Shown: positions 39,541 to 47,857 of the stretch, piece after piece
Numbering within the stretch: position 1 is the first letter of the stretch
Layout of the letters: each line of letters begins with the position of its first letter
NCBI GenBank assembly: GCA_963700285.1
Contig: CAVOXA010000001.1
Coordinates: 992,001-1,056,000 of the forward strand
DNA length: 64,000 nt
Source of the DNA: an uncultured Chloroflexia bacterium
GTDB taxonomy: Bacteria > Chloroflexota > Anaerolineae > JAAYZQ01
Direction of reading: 5' to 3'
The notes under the pieces: model-generated
Database searches by the model: none
What the model saw: the letters and a program-made list of their open reading frames with translations, nothing else
What the model was told of the DNA's origin: nothing
Program-made: the position numbers and the translations under genes

Positions 39541-40551
39541 ATGCTACAAGCAACGGAGTGGCTCCTGGAGCAGGATGAGGAGAATCCAGGGGTACGGTAC
39601 TTTGCACTGAGGGATTTGCTGGGGCGGGCAGTGGATGCCCCCGAGGTGATCGAGGCGCGGCAGGCATTGATGTGCAGGGGACCGGTGCCGGCGATCCTGG
39701 CGGCGCAGGATTCGGCCGGATACTGGGAGAAACCGGGAACCGGTTACTATCCCAAGTATCGCGGCACCGTCTGGTCGATCACTTATCTGGCCCAGTTGGG
39801 CGCCGATCCTGAGGATCCGCGCGTCCGGGCGGGCGGCGAGTACCTGCTGGCCAATTCGCTGGCCTCCATGGGAGCCTTTAGCATGACGGGCACGCCAGCG
39901 GGCAATATCGCCTGTCTGAGTGGCAACCTGGGCGCGGCGCTGTTGGATCTGGGCTTTTGGGGCGACGAACGACTCATGAGGGCGCTGGAGGTCATGGCCC
40001 GTTTCTCCACTGGAGAGGGAGTCGCGCCTCCTGACGATAAGCAGGTGCCCCTGCACTACCTCAAGTCGGCGTCCTGTGGGCCGGGCTTCCGCTGCTCGGC
40101 CAACGACAGACAGCCCTGCGCCTGGGGGGCGGTCAAGGTACTCAGGGCGCTGGCCCGGGTGCCGAGGGCCAGCCGCACGGAGGCCATGCAGGCTGCTCTG
40201 GATGCAGCCGTGGATTTCCTGTTCAGCGTGGACCCGGCGACGGCCAGTTACCCGGCCGGATACAGCGACAAGCCCAGCCAAAGCTGGTTCCGGTTTGGCT
40301 TCCCGCTGTTCTATGTCACCGATGTCCTGCAGATCGCCGAAGCGCTCACGGACGCTGGCTATGGCGGCGACGCGCGCCTGGCCAATACGCACGAGTTCAT
40401 TCTGGGCAAGCGGGACTCTGCCGATCGTTGGCGTATGGAGTACTCCTACAACGGCAAGACGTGGGCCGATGCCGAGGTCAGGGGCAAACCCAGCAAGTGG
40501 GTGACCCTGCGGGCCATGCGCGTGCTCCACAGAGCGGGAATAGAGCCGTGA
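39541..40551 (+). CDS. Prenyltransferase/squalene-cyclase-repeat-like alpha-barrel protein, paralog 1
   Basis: WLLE..NP.VR, QDSAGYW, PKY..T.W, PCAWGA.K, FGFPL.Y..D, KWVTLRA. Confidence 0.7.
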   Translation: MLQATEWLLEQDEENPGVRYFALRDLLGRAVDAPEVIEARQALMCRGPVPAILAAQDSAGYWEKPGTGYYPKYRGTVWSITYLAQLGADPEDPRVRAGGEYLLANSLASMGAFSMTGTPAGNIACLSGNLGAALLDLGFWGDERLMRALEVMARFSTGEGVAPPDDKQVPLHYLKSASCGPGFRCSANDRQPCAWGAVKVLRALARVPRASRTEAMQAALDAAVDFLFSVDPATASYPAGYSDKPSQSWFRFGFPLFYVTDVLQIAEALTDAGYGGDARLANTHEFILGKRDSADRWRMEYSYNGKTWADAEVRGKPSKWVTLRAMRVLHRAGIEP

Positions 40552-41504
40552 TTGGAGCCCAGGCGCTCCCCTGGCTGCTGGAAGGGGACAACCCTTCGGC
40601 GCGAGCCCTGGCACTGACCGGACTGCTAGATCGCCCGGCTACTGATCCGGAAGTGGTGGAGGCCCGTGCAGAGATCCCTGGCTGGGGGCCGGCGCGGGCC
40701 ATCCTGGATGCCCAGTGGCCTGCTGGCTACTGGATGCGGTCCGGTACCGGCTACAGCCCCAAATACAAGGCGACGGTGTGGCAGGTGATCTTTTTGGCTG
40801 CCCTGGGCGCGCCTCACACCGAGGCCATCGATCGCGCCTGCTGCCAGGTGTTGGACCGCAGCCGCCTACCCGATGGGCGCTTCTCGGCACGCAGGACGGG
40901 GGCAGGGGCCATTGCCTGTCTCAACGGGAATCTGCTGCGGGCGCTGTTCCAACTGGGCTGCGAGGACGCCCGGCTAGAGATGAGCCGGCAGTCCCTCGCC
41001 GGCATGGTGGCCCGTGATGGCTTCCGCTGCCGGTACAACGCTACCCGTCCCTTTCCGGAGCGTATGGCTGATGGTCTTCCCTGCGCCTGGGGGGCCATCA
41101 AGGCCCTGGGGGCATTTGCCCAGGTGCCAGAGGACCGGCGCACCCCGGCCGAACGTGAGGCGGTCGAGTCAGGTGTTTCGTTCCTGCTGGAGAGTACCCT
41201 GGCCAGCGGCGACTTTCCAACGGCGACCGCCCCCAGCCCCATCTGGCGGCGCTTTGGTTTCCCTTTGGGCTATACCTCGGACCTCGTCGAGGCGCTGGAT
41301 GTGCTGGGGCGAGTGGGGGTCACAGCGCATCCCCGGTTGGCACCCGCAATCGAACTTGTGCTTGGCAAAAGGGATGAGACCGAGTGCTGGGCACTAGAGT
41401 ATACGCCCGAAAATACCTGGGCCAGTTTTGGCGCGGTGGGGCAGCCCAACAAGTGGGTCACGCTGCGGGCGCTCTCAGCATTGAAGCGCTTGACCACAGG
41501 CTAA
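40548..41504 (+). CDS. Alpha-barrel protein, paralog 2
   Basis: Same motif series as the upstream gene; GTGA start/stop overlap. Confidence 0.7.
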   Translation: MIGAQALPWLLEGDNPSARALALTGLLDRPATDPEVVEARAEIPGWGPARAILDAQWPAGYWMRSGTGYSPKYKATVWQVIFLAALGAPHTEAIDRACCQVLDRSRLPDGRFSARRTGAGAIACLNGNLLRALFQLGCEDARLEMSRQSLAGMVARDGFRCRYNATRPFPERMADGLPCAWGAIKALGAFAQVPEDRRTPAEREAVESGVSFLLESTLASGDFPTATAPSPIWRRFGFPLGYTSDLVEALDVLGRVGVTAHPRLAPAIELVLGKRDETECWALEYTPENTWASFGAVGQPNKWVTLRALSALKRLTTG

Positions 41505-41561
41505 CAGATAGATCCAGATAGTTCTTGTCGGACTGGGATCCCACCACAGAGAGGTAGCGTC

Positions 41562-42053
41562 GTGAAGATTGCGATTCTGTCGGACGTTCATGACAACATT
41601 TGGAAGCTGGAAACGATGTTGGCCGGCCTTGAAGCCCAAGCTCTCATCTTTTGCGGAGATTTTTGCGCGCCCTTTACCCTGGCCCAGATAGCCGACGGCT
41701 TTGCTGGACCGATCCACGCGGTCTTTGGCAACAACGATGGCGACCAGTTCCTGCTGGCGCGGGTGGCGGCCAAGTACCCTCACGTCACCTTGCACGGCGA
41801 TTTCGCCGAGTTGACGCTGGATGGACGCCAGGTAGCCGTGACCCACTACCCGGAGATCGGACGAGCGCTGGCGCAGGGGGGCGTCTATGACCTCGTCTGC
41901 CACGGACACAGCCACGAGCGCCTGGTTGAGTCGACCGGTGGGACGCTGCGGGTGAACCCGGGTGAGGTGATGGGCCGCTTTGGGCTCTCAACCTACGCGT
42001 TGTACGATACGGGCACAGGTAAAGCCGAGATCGTGGCCGTCCCCAGCATCTGA
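41562..42053 (+). CDS. YfcE/MJ0936-family metallophosphoesterase
   Basis: SDVHDN, CGD, GNND, HGHSH, NPGE. Confidence 0.88.
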   Translation: MKIAILSDVHDNIWKLETMLAGLEAQALIFCGDFCAPFTLAQIADGFAGPIHAVFGNNDGDQFLLARVAAKYPHVTLHGDFAELTLDGRQVAVTHYPEIGRALAQGGVYDLVCHGHSHERLVESTGGTLRVNPGEVMGRFGLSTYALYDTGTGKAEIVAVPSI

Positions 42054-42239
42054 GATTGCCCGGAATCGACCTCTGACAGGCCACAAAGAAACTCGATCAA
42101 GTCATCCTTCGACTGCTCCCAGGACATGCCCTGAAGGCACGAAACAAGTCTCGGCTGAGCACAGAAGAGATCCCCTTTGATTTTGCTTCGGGCATACGTT
42201 GCTTTGCGCAGTATGGTGTTACGTCTGGATCCGCCGTAC

Positions 42240-44843
42240 CTATCCGCCCCAGAGGACTAGCCCCATCTCAAAAGCATTGCCCAGGTCGTCGTGGTGGGGA
42301 AGAATCCGCAGGGCATAGCCGTGCCGCCCGCTGGTCCGGCAGGTGATGGCACCGGCAAAGACATACTTGCCTTTACCCTTGGATTGGGCGATGAGCATGG
42401 GGGAGGCCTGGCCCTCGACGATTAGGCCCTCGGCGTTCAGCCGGCCATGGTACAGTTCTACCGACACATCGGTGGGGTTTAGCTTCCCCAGGTGCACGAG
42501 GGCCTGTACCTGCAACTGGTCGCCCACTTTGAGTCCGTAGACTTTGGTTCCCTCTTCCCAGATCTGTTCGATGCGGATCTGCGGCCATTGCCGGCCGAGT
42601 TCGGCCTTCCAGGCGGCCAGAGCCTTGGCTTTGGCCAGATCGTTCTCCACGAGCCGCTTGCTTCGCTCCGCCGAGGGTGAGTAGCAGCGTTCATAATACT
42701 CGCGTACCATACGATTGGTGTTGAACACGCCGGCATGGTCGCGCATCGCTGCCTTCATCTTGGCGATCCAGTCCCTGGGCAGTCCATCTCCATCCCGTCC
42801 TCGCTCGAAAAAGAGCGGAACGATCTCCTTTTCCAAAAGATCATAGATGGCATTAGCTTCAATCTGATCCTGGTAATCGGACTGATCTTCAGCATACTCT
42901 TCGCCGAGGCCAATGGCCCATCCGGTCTCGGGGCTGTATCCTTCATCCCACCAGCCGTCAAGGACGCTTATGTTCGGGGCGCCGTTGGCTGTGGCCTTCA
43001 TGCCGCTGGTGCCACTGGCCTCGTGGGGGCGCCGGGGTGTGTTCAGCCAGACATCTACGCCCTGTACCAGGTAGCGAGCCACGGTCATGTCATAGTCCTC
43101 GATAAACACGATCCGGTTTCGAAACTCGGGCCGCCGAGCGTGGTGGATGATGTCGCGGACCAATTCCTTGCCTGGATTGTCCTTTGGATGGGCCTTGCCG
43201 GCAAAGATGACCTGTACCGGGCGGCTCCTGTCACCCACGATGGCTGCCAGTCGCTCCAGATCATGGAACAAGAGTGCGGCCCGTTTGTAAGTGGCAAAGC
43301 GCCGGGCAAAGCCGATGGTCAAGGCATCGGGATTCAGGACCTCTTCGGCGTGACTGATCTCCGCGGGCCTGCTGCCTCGCTGCAAGAGTTGGCTGCGCAA
43401 TCGACTCCGGGCAAAGGCCACGAGCCGTTCGCGGCGGCGTTCGTGCGTCCGCCACAGCTCTTCATCGGGGATCCGGGCAACGCGTCGCCAAATCGATTGG
43501 TCCGCCGGGCGCTCGATCCAGCGCGGCCCCAGGTAGCGGTCATAAAGATCGGCCATGTCGTGGGAGATCCAAGAGCGCGGGTGGATGCCATTGGTGATGC
43601 CCAGGATGGGTACTTCATCGGCCGGCACCTGGGGCCAGACTTCTTGCCACATCCTGCGCGAGACGCGAGCATGGAGCTGGCTCACGCCATTGGTCTTGTT
43701 GGCCAGTCGCATAGCCAGGATGGCCATGCAAAAGTAGCCATGCGTATCGGCCGGGTTCTTTCTCCCCAATCCCAGAAATTCGTCCTGTGATAGTCCCAGT
43801 TTGGGATAGTAGTGGCTGAAATAGCGATCCACCAAGGCGGGAGAAAACCAGTCAATGCCCGCCGGTACTGGAGTATGGGTGGTGAATACGTGCCCGCCAG
43901 TGGCTGCTTCGCGAGCCTCGGCGAAGGAAATCTGGTACTCCTCCATGAGCAACCGGATGCGCTCCAAGGCCAAAAAAGCAGAGTGACCTTCGTTCATGTG
44001 GAAGACGGTGGCCTGCAGCCCCAAGGCTTTCAGCGCGCGGATGCCGCCGATGCCCAGCAATACCTCCTGCCGGATGCGCAGGTCATCGTCCCCCCCATAT
44101 AGCTGGTTGGTGATGTCCCGATCCGAAGGCTGGTTGTCCTCGATGTTTGTGTCGAGCAGGTACAGGGGCACGCGGCCTACTTGAGCTCGCCACACCTGGG
44201 CCTTCACCGCGCGCCCGGGATACTCGACCTCGATCAGGAGGGGCTCGCCGCTGGACTGTCTTTCCAGTGTGACCGGCAGGTTGTAAAAGTCGTTTTTGGG
44301 ATAGAGTTCTTGCTGCCAGCCGTCGGGGTTCAAGTATTGATGGAAATAGCCCTCTTGATACAGCAATCCCACACCCAGGAAGGGCAGACCCAGATCACTC
44401 GCTGACTTTAGGTGATCCCCGGCCAGGATACCCAAACCCCCGGCATAGATACTCAGACTCTCGGTCAGACCGAACTCTGCCGAGAAATAGGCAATGCGCA
44501 GCACCGGATCAGCAGGTGGGCCTTGAGCCTCGCCGCTGCCATGGGTCTTGGTGTACCACGTGGACTCGCCCTCCATATAGCGGTCGAACTCCCGGCAGAC
44601 CCGCCCAAGGTGCGCCATGAATCCATCGTCTTCGGCGACTTGCTGTAGCCGCTCCTGTCGAATGGTTCCCAGGACCAGGACAGGGTTGTGACCGGTGCTC
44701 TCCCACAGATCCCGGTCTAGCCTGCGAAACAGCTCGATGGCATCGTGGTTCCAACTCCACCACAGGTTGTGGGCCAGGTCGCGTAGCCGCTCCAGGCTGT
44801 CGGGCAACAACGGGATAACGCGAAATGTATAGCTTGGTCGCAT
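42240..44843 (-). CDS. glgP: Alpha-glucan (glycogen) phosphorylase
   Basis: AYFSAEFG, GGLGILAGDH, HMNEGH, GFARRFATYKR, EASGTSGMK. Confidence 0.96.
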   Translation of the reverse strand: MRPSYTFRVIPLLPDSLERLRDLAHNLWWSWNHDAIELFRRLDRDLWESTGHNPVLVLGTIRQERLQQVAEDDGFMAHLGRVCREFDRYMEGESTWYTKTHGSGEAQGPPADPVLRIAYFSAEFGLTESLSIYAGGLGILAGDHLKSASDLGLPFLGVGLLYQEGYFHQYLNPDGWQQELYPKNDFYNLPVTLERQSSGEPLLIEVEYPGRAVKAQVWRAQVGRVPLYLLDTNIEDNQPSDRDITNQLYGGDDDLRIRQEVLLGIGGIRALKALGLQATVFHMNEGHSAFLALERIRLLMEEYQISFAEAREAATGGHVFTTHTPVPAGIDWFSPALVDRYFSHYYPKLGLSQDEFLGLGRKNPADTHGYFCMAILAMRLANKTNGVSQLHARVSRRMWQEVWPQVPADEVPILGITNGIHPRSWISHDMADLYDRYLGPRWIERPADQSIWRRVARIPDEELWRTHERRRERLVAFARSRLRSQLLQRGSRPAEISHAEEVLNPDALTIGFARRFATYKRAALLFHDLERLAAIVGDRSRPVQVIFAGKAHPKDNPGKELVRDIIHHARRPEFRNRIVFIEDYDMTVARYLVQGVDVWLNTPRRPHEASGTSGMKATANGAPNISVLDGWWDEGYSPETGWAIGLGEEYAEDQSDYQDQIEANAIYDLLEKEIVPLFFERGRDGDGLPRDWIAKMKAAMRDHAGVFNTNRMVREYYERCYSPSAERSKRLVENDLAKAKALAAWKAELGRQWPQIRIEQIWEEGTKVYGLKVGDQLQVQALVHLGKLNPTDVSVELYHGRLNAEGLIVEGQASPMLIAQSKGKGKYVFAGAITCRTSGRHGYALRILPHHDDLGNAFEMGLVLWGG

Positions 44844-44989
44844 GTCCTCTTCCCCATCGAATTTGAACTGACATTCTACCTCATAAGCTGAAAAAGGCAA
44901 ATTCCCGGGTCTCCCTACAGGCAGCAAGTGGTCGGGCTTTGGTTGGTTTTGGTCCTGTTCTATGGGACGCCATCCTGCAGAGAATCGCC

Positions 44990-45082
44990 TGTGGGATGCT
45001 ATGGGGAAAGTCGCGATGGTACAGTGTGTTGTGGGATAGCGACGCTGCTATGTGGGATAACTGTGGGATAAATGTGGGAAAC
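44990..45082 (+). repeat. Helically phased TGTGGGA(T/A) direct repeats
   Basis: Copies at 44990, 45030, 45051, 45062 and 45073. Confidence 0.8.
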
Positions 45083-45087
45083 TGCGG

Positions 45088-46461
45088 CTACTTGAAGATA
45101 TAGTAGGTCGCGCGCTTTTCACCGATTTTGAGGAGCAGATCCTTGCGTACCAGACCAGCTAGGTCGCGCCTGATCGTCTCGGCTGTGACCTCCGGGCACA
45201 GTTCCTGGTACTCGCGGTTGGTGATGCGACCCTTGCCCGCCAGATAGGCCAGGGCTTGCTCCTGCCGCTCGTTCAAATCGAGATGGCGCCACTGCCGGGT
45301 GCTGTCTGACTCGCCGATCAGGCTTTCGCCATAGCCCGTGAGCGTCACCTGGAAACCAGCGGCCGTTTCTTGAAACCGGGGGGGTGGGAGGCCCGCATTG
45401 GCCATGAGCCGGATCATGCGGTCGACGCCGTAGCCCAGGCGCTCGATGAAGCCCATGTCTGACAGTACCTGGACGATGGTTTCGTTTCGGCTAAATCGCT
45501 CATCGACAAGGTTGTTGATGGTGACGTGGCCCGGCAGGCGGCCGGGGCTATAGAAAGTGACGCGGTCTGCGAAAAACATGACGCGGATCTCGTCACCCCG
45601 GATCCGATAGTCGCGATGGGCCACGGCGTTGACGAGGGCCTCGCGCACCGCTTCAACAGGATACTCGGTCTCCTCGATTCGCTCCAGGCCCTCGAGCCGC
45701 ACGCCACGCCGCATGTTGCTCACGATGAAAGCCTCAGCTTGCCGGATCTGCTCCGGCAGCGGACCACGGAGCTCCTCTCTGATAAAGCTGTCGTCCATGT
45801 CCCGGCCAGCGTAGCGGACCACCAAGATCTCGCTGGATGGGACCCAGCGCTGTGCGTCGCGGCCAAAGAGGAGAAGGCCGGCGAAGGTAGGCGATAGACG
45901 GTCATCCTTCCTGACCAGGCAGCCGCGCAGCAGCAGTATCTCCTCGGGGCCGGCTCCGGGCCGGCCACTCAACCCCGACAAATACGACTCGACCTTGTCC
46001 CAATCGATATCCTCCAGGCGGGCGCTTTCGGGTACGAGGCTCTCAAAACTGACTGCCCCCCGTTCCATCATCAGAATCCGGAGCTGTCGCGGGTCCAGTG
46101 GGCGATCATGGGCGCCGGCCCGAACTAGGAATTTGCCTTTGTAGCTGTAAACGTGGGGCATCCCAGGCGGTACGGTGATGACCAGTACCTGCTTGCCCTC
46201 AGTCTCGGCAATCTTGGGTACGGGGATGATGAGGGGAGGATCGGTGGTAAGCGCGGTCTCCAGAGCGCGGTCCAGTGCCGCACCGGGGTCGGCCAGCCCG
46301 TGGGGTTCACCGCTGCGGGGCTCTATGCCGACGTACAGTGTGCCACCGCCGGCGTTGGCAAAGGCCACCAATGTCTCAGCCAATTTGGCAGGCGTGGTGG
46401 CCTCTGATTTGAATGCTATCTGTTCTCCCTGGTCAGGGATGCTGAAAGATGCCGAAGACAT
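45088..46461 (-). CDS. AlbA_2 (Schlafen-like) + HATPase_c_4 + C-terminal HTH protein
   Basis: LVAFANAGGGTLYVGI, REALVNAVAHRDY, SPGRLP, RNETI, ERLGYG, ITNREYQ...ETIRRDL. Confidence 0.85.
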   Translation of the reverse strand: MSSASFSIPDQGEQIAFKSEATTPAKLAETLVAFANAGGGTLYVGIEPRSGEPHGLADPGAALDRALETALTTDPPLIIPVPKIAETEGKQVLVITVPPGMPHVYSYKGKFLVRAGAHDRPLDPRQLRILMMERGAVSFESLVPESARLEDIDWDKVESYLSGLSGRPGAGPEEILLLRGCLVRKDDRLSPTFAGLLLFGRDAQRWVPSSEILVVRYAGRDMDDSFIREELRGPLPEQIRQAEAFIVSNMRRGVRLEGLERIEETEYPVEAVREALVNAVAHRDYRIRGDEIRVMFFADRVTFYSPGRLPGHVTINNLVDERFSRNETIVQVLSDMGFIERLGYGVDRMIRLMANAGLPPPRFQETAAGFQVTLTGYGESLIGESDSTRQWRHLDLNERQEQALAYLAGKGRITNREYQELCPEVTAETIRRDLAGLVRKDLLLKIGEKRATYYIFK

Positions 46462-46518
46462 GATCAACCAGCCGCGCTTCTGCTGAGGGGGCACTGCCTG
46501 GCCATCTGCCTGCCTCCG

Positions 46519-47841
46519 TCACTTCCCAACGGGTATGCAGGTTGTCCAGTATGATTCCAACCGCCACTCGCAGCCGTAGGGTAGTGCCTGGGGGTTTTCG
46601 ATACCGACCACGGTCCAGGTTACCAGACAGGGATGATCGTAGTCGATCTGGCCGTTCTTGTCTATCCCCACCACCGTGGCGGTGATGTCTCGATCCTCGC
46701 GCAGTTGTTCGGCCGTGATATCCGGCTGATAGCGAATCTCCAACACCAATGCTCCGAACAGGTCATCCCGCGCTTGGGCGATGCTGGATGATTCCGTGGA
46801 AAGGCCAAATGGGTCGTCCTTGATGTCATAGATCTGCTGGGCGTAGGGACTCAGGAAGGACTCGGCCACCTGAAGGTTTTCCTTGTCCTTGCCAAGCTTT
46901 GAATAGAAAGCCAGTACTGCTTTCTCGGGGTAATAGGCGGTGGGTATGCTGTCCGGCTCTCCCGGACCAAAGTCAATGCTGGAGGCAACCGGATCCAGCA
47001 GTACCTTGCCTCCAGGCCGAAAATAGGATCCATTCTGTGGCTTGTATATCTTTTTGACGGTCAGCTGGCTGCGCTCGAACCCGCCGCTGTCCCAGACGCT
47101 GACAGTGTTGCCATCGAGCTTCACCTTGTAGGTGCCGCGGAAGGATCCGATGTTGTCATAATTTAGACGCTCGGCATAGGGCACGGCTAGATTCGGGTTT
47201 TCATGCCGCAGGCTCTGGATCTCAAAGCAGTCTGGATAGGTCCCAACCTTGCGAAAGACGTTGAGATCCGTCGTAACACCGCGCGTCTGGCCAAAGACAA
47301 TCACCTCGGGACGGTCTGCCCCGTCTGACTGAGGGTCATCGTAGGTGATGATGTTGTCGACCTCTACGTCGGCAGAGTCCTGGCCGAGGTAGTCATAGTG
47401 CACCGGTACCAGTTCGTACGACAGGATAGCCGGAGGGCGGCAGAGATCGGGGACATAGATGGCGGCGCCGAAAGGGCCTGTGGGTTTTTCCTTGCTGGCG
47501 CCCACCACGTCATAGCGGTAGAAGGTGAACCACTCGTCGGGGTCCTCGTCTTCGTATGTCTCGTCGGTATCAACCCGGACGATATAGTCGGGATGGAGGA
47601 CTCCCGGTGCGATCTCGGTCAGGTCGATGATCTTGTTGTCGGTCAACCGGTGGGCAATCGTCCATTTGGTTGGAACGGGGTCCCAGTCCAGTACTCGGAC
47701 GGCGACCACGAGGCCCAAGCTCACTGAAAGCGCAAACCATACCAGGAAGAACAGCAGCCGGCTGATCTGTGGGGATCCGGGCGAGCGAAAGGTCAGGATC
47801 AAGAACACGAACCACAAGACGCCGAGAAGGATGATCGCCAC
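46519..47841 (-). CDS. Hypothetical membrane-anchored exported protein
   Basis: 440-aa ORF with two N-terminal TM helices and a large acidic soluble domain; in an operon with lon. Confidence 0.7.
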   Translation of the reverse strand: MAIILLGVLWFVFLILTFRSPGSPQISRLLFFLVWFALSVSLGLVVAVRVLDWDPVPTKWTIAHRLTDNKIIDLTEIAPGVLHPDYIVRVDTDETYEDEDPDEWFTFYRYDVVGASKEKPTGPFGAAIYVPDLCRPPAILSYELVPVHYDYLGQDSADVEVDNIITYDDPQSDGADRPEVIVFGQTRGVTTDLNVFRKVGTYPDCFEIQSLRHENPNLAVPYAERLNYDNIGSFRGTYKVKLDGNTVSVWDSGGFERSQLTVKKIYKPQNGSYFRPGGKVLLDPVASSIDFGPGEPDSIPTAYYPEKAVLAFYSKLGKDKENLQVAESFLSPYAQQIYDIKDDPFGLSTESSSIAQARDDLFGALVLEIRYQPDITAEQLREDRDITATVVGIDKNGQIDYDHPCLVTWTVVGIENPQALPYGCEWRLESYWTTCIPVGK

Positions 47842-47857
47842 AGCCGTCTCCCACCAC

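Noticed and set aside
42095-42235. Degenerate REP-like palindromic remnant between the phosphoesterase gene and glgP
   Set aside because: Too degenerate to define from a single copy.
44990-45082. CRISPR array or oriC
   Set aside because: Repeats are only 8-10 bp with no unique spacers and no cas genes. They deviate from true DnaA boxes, and there is no dnaA or AT-rich unwinding element nearby.
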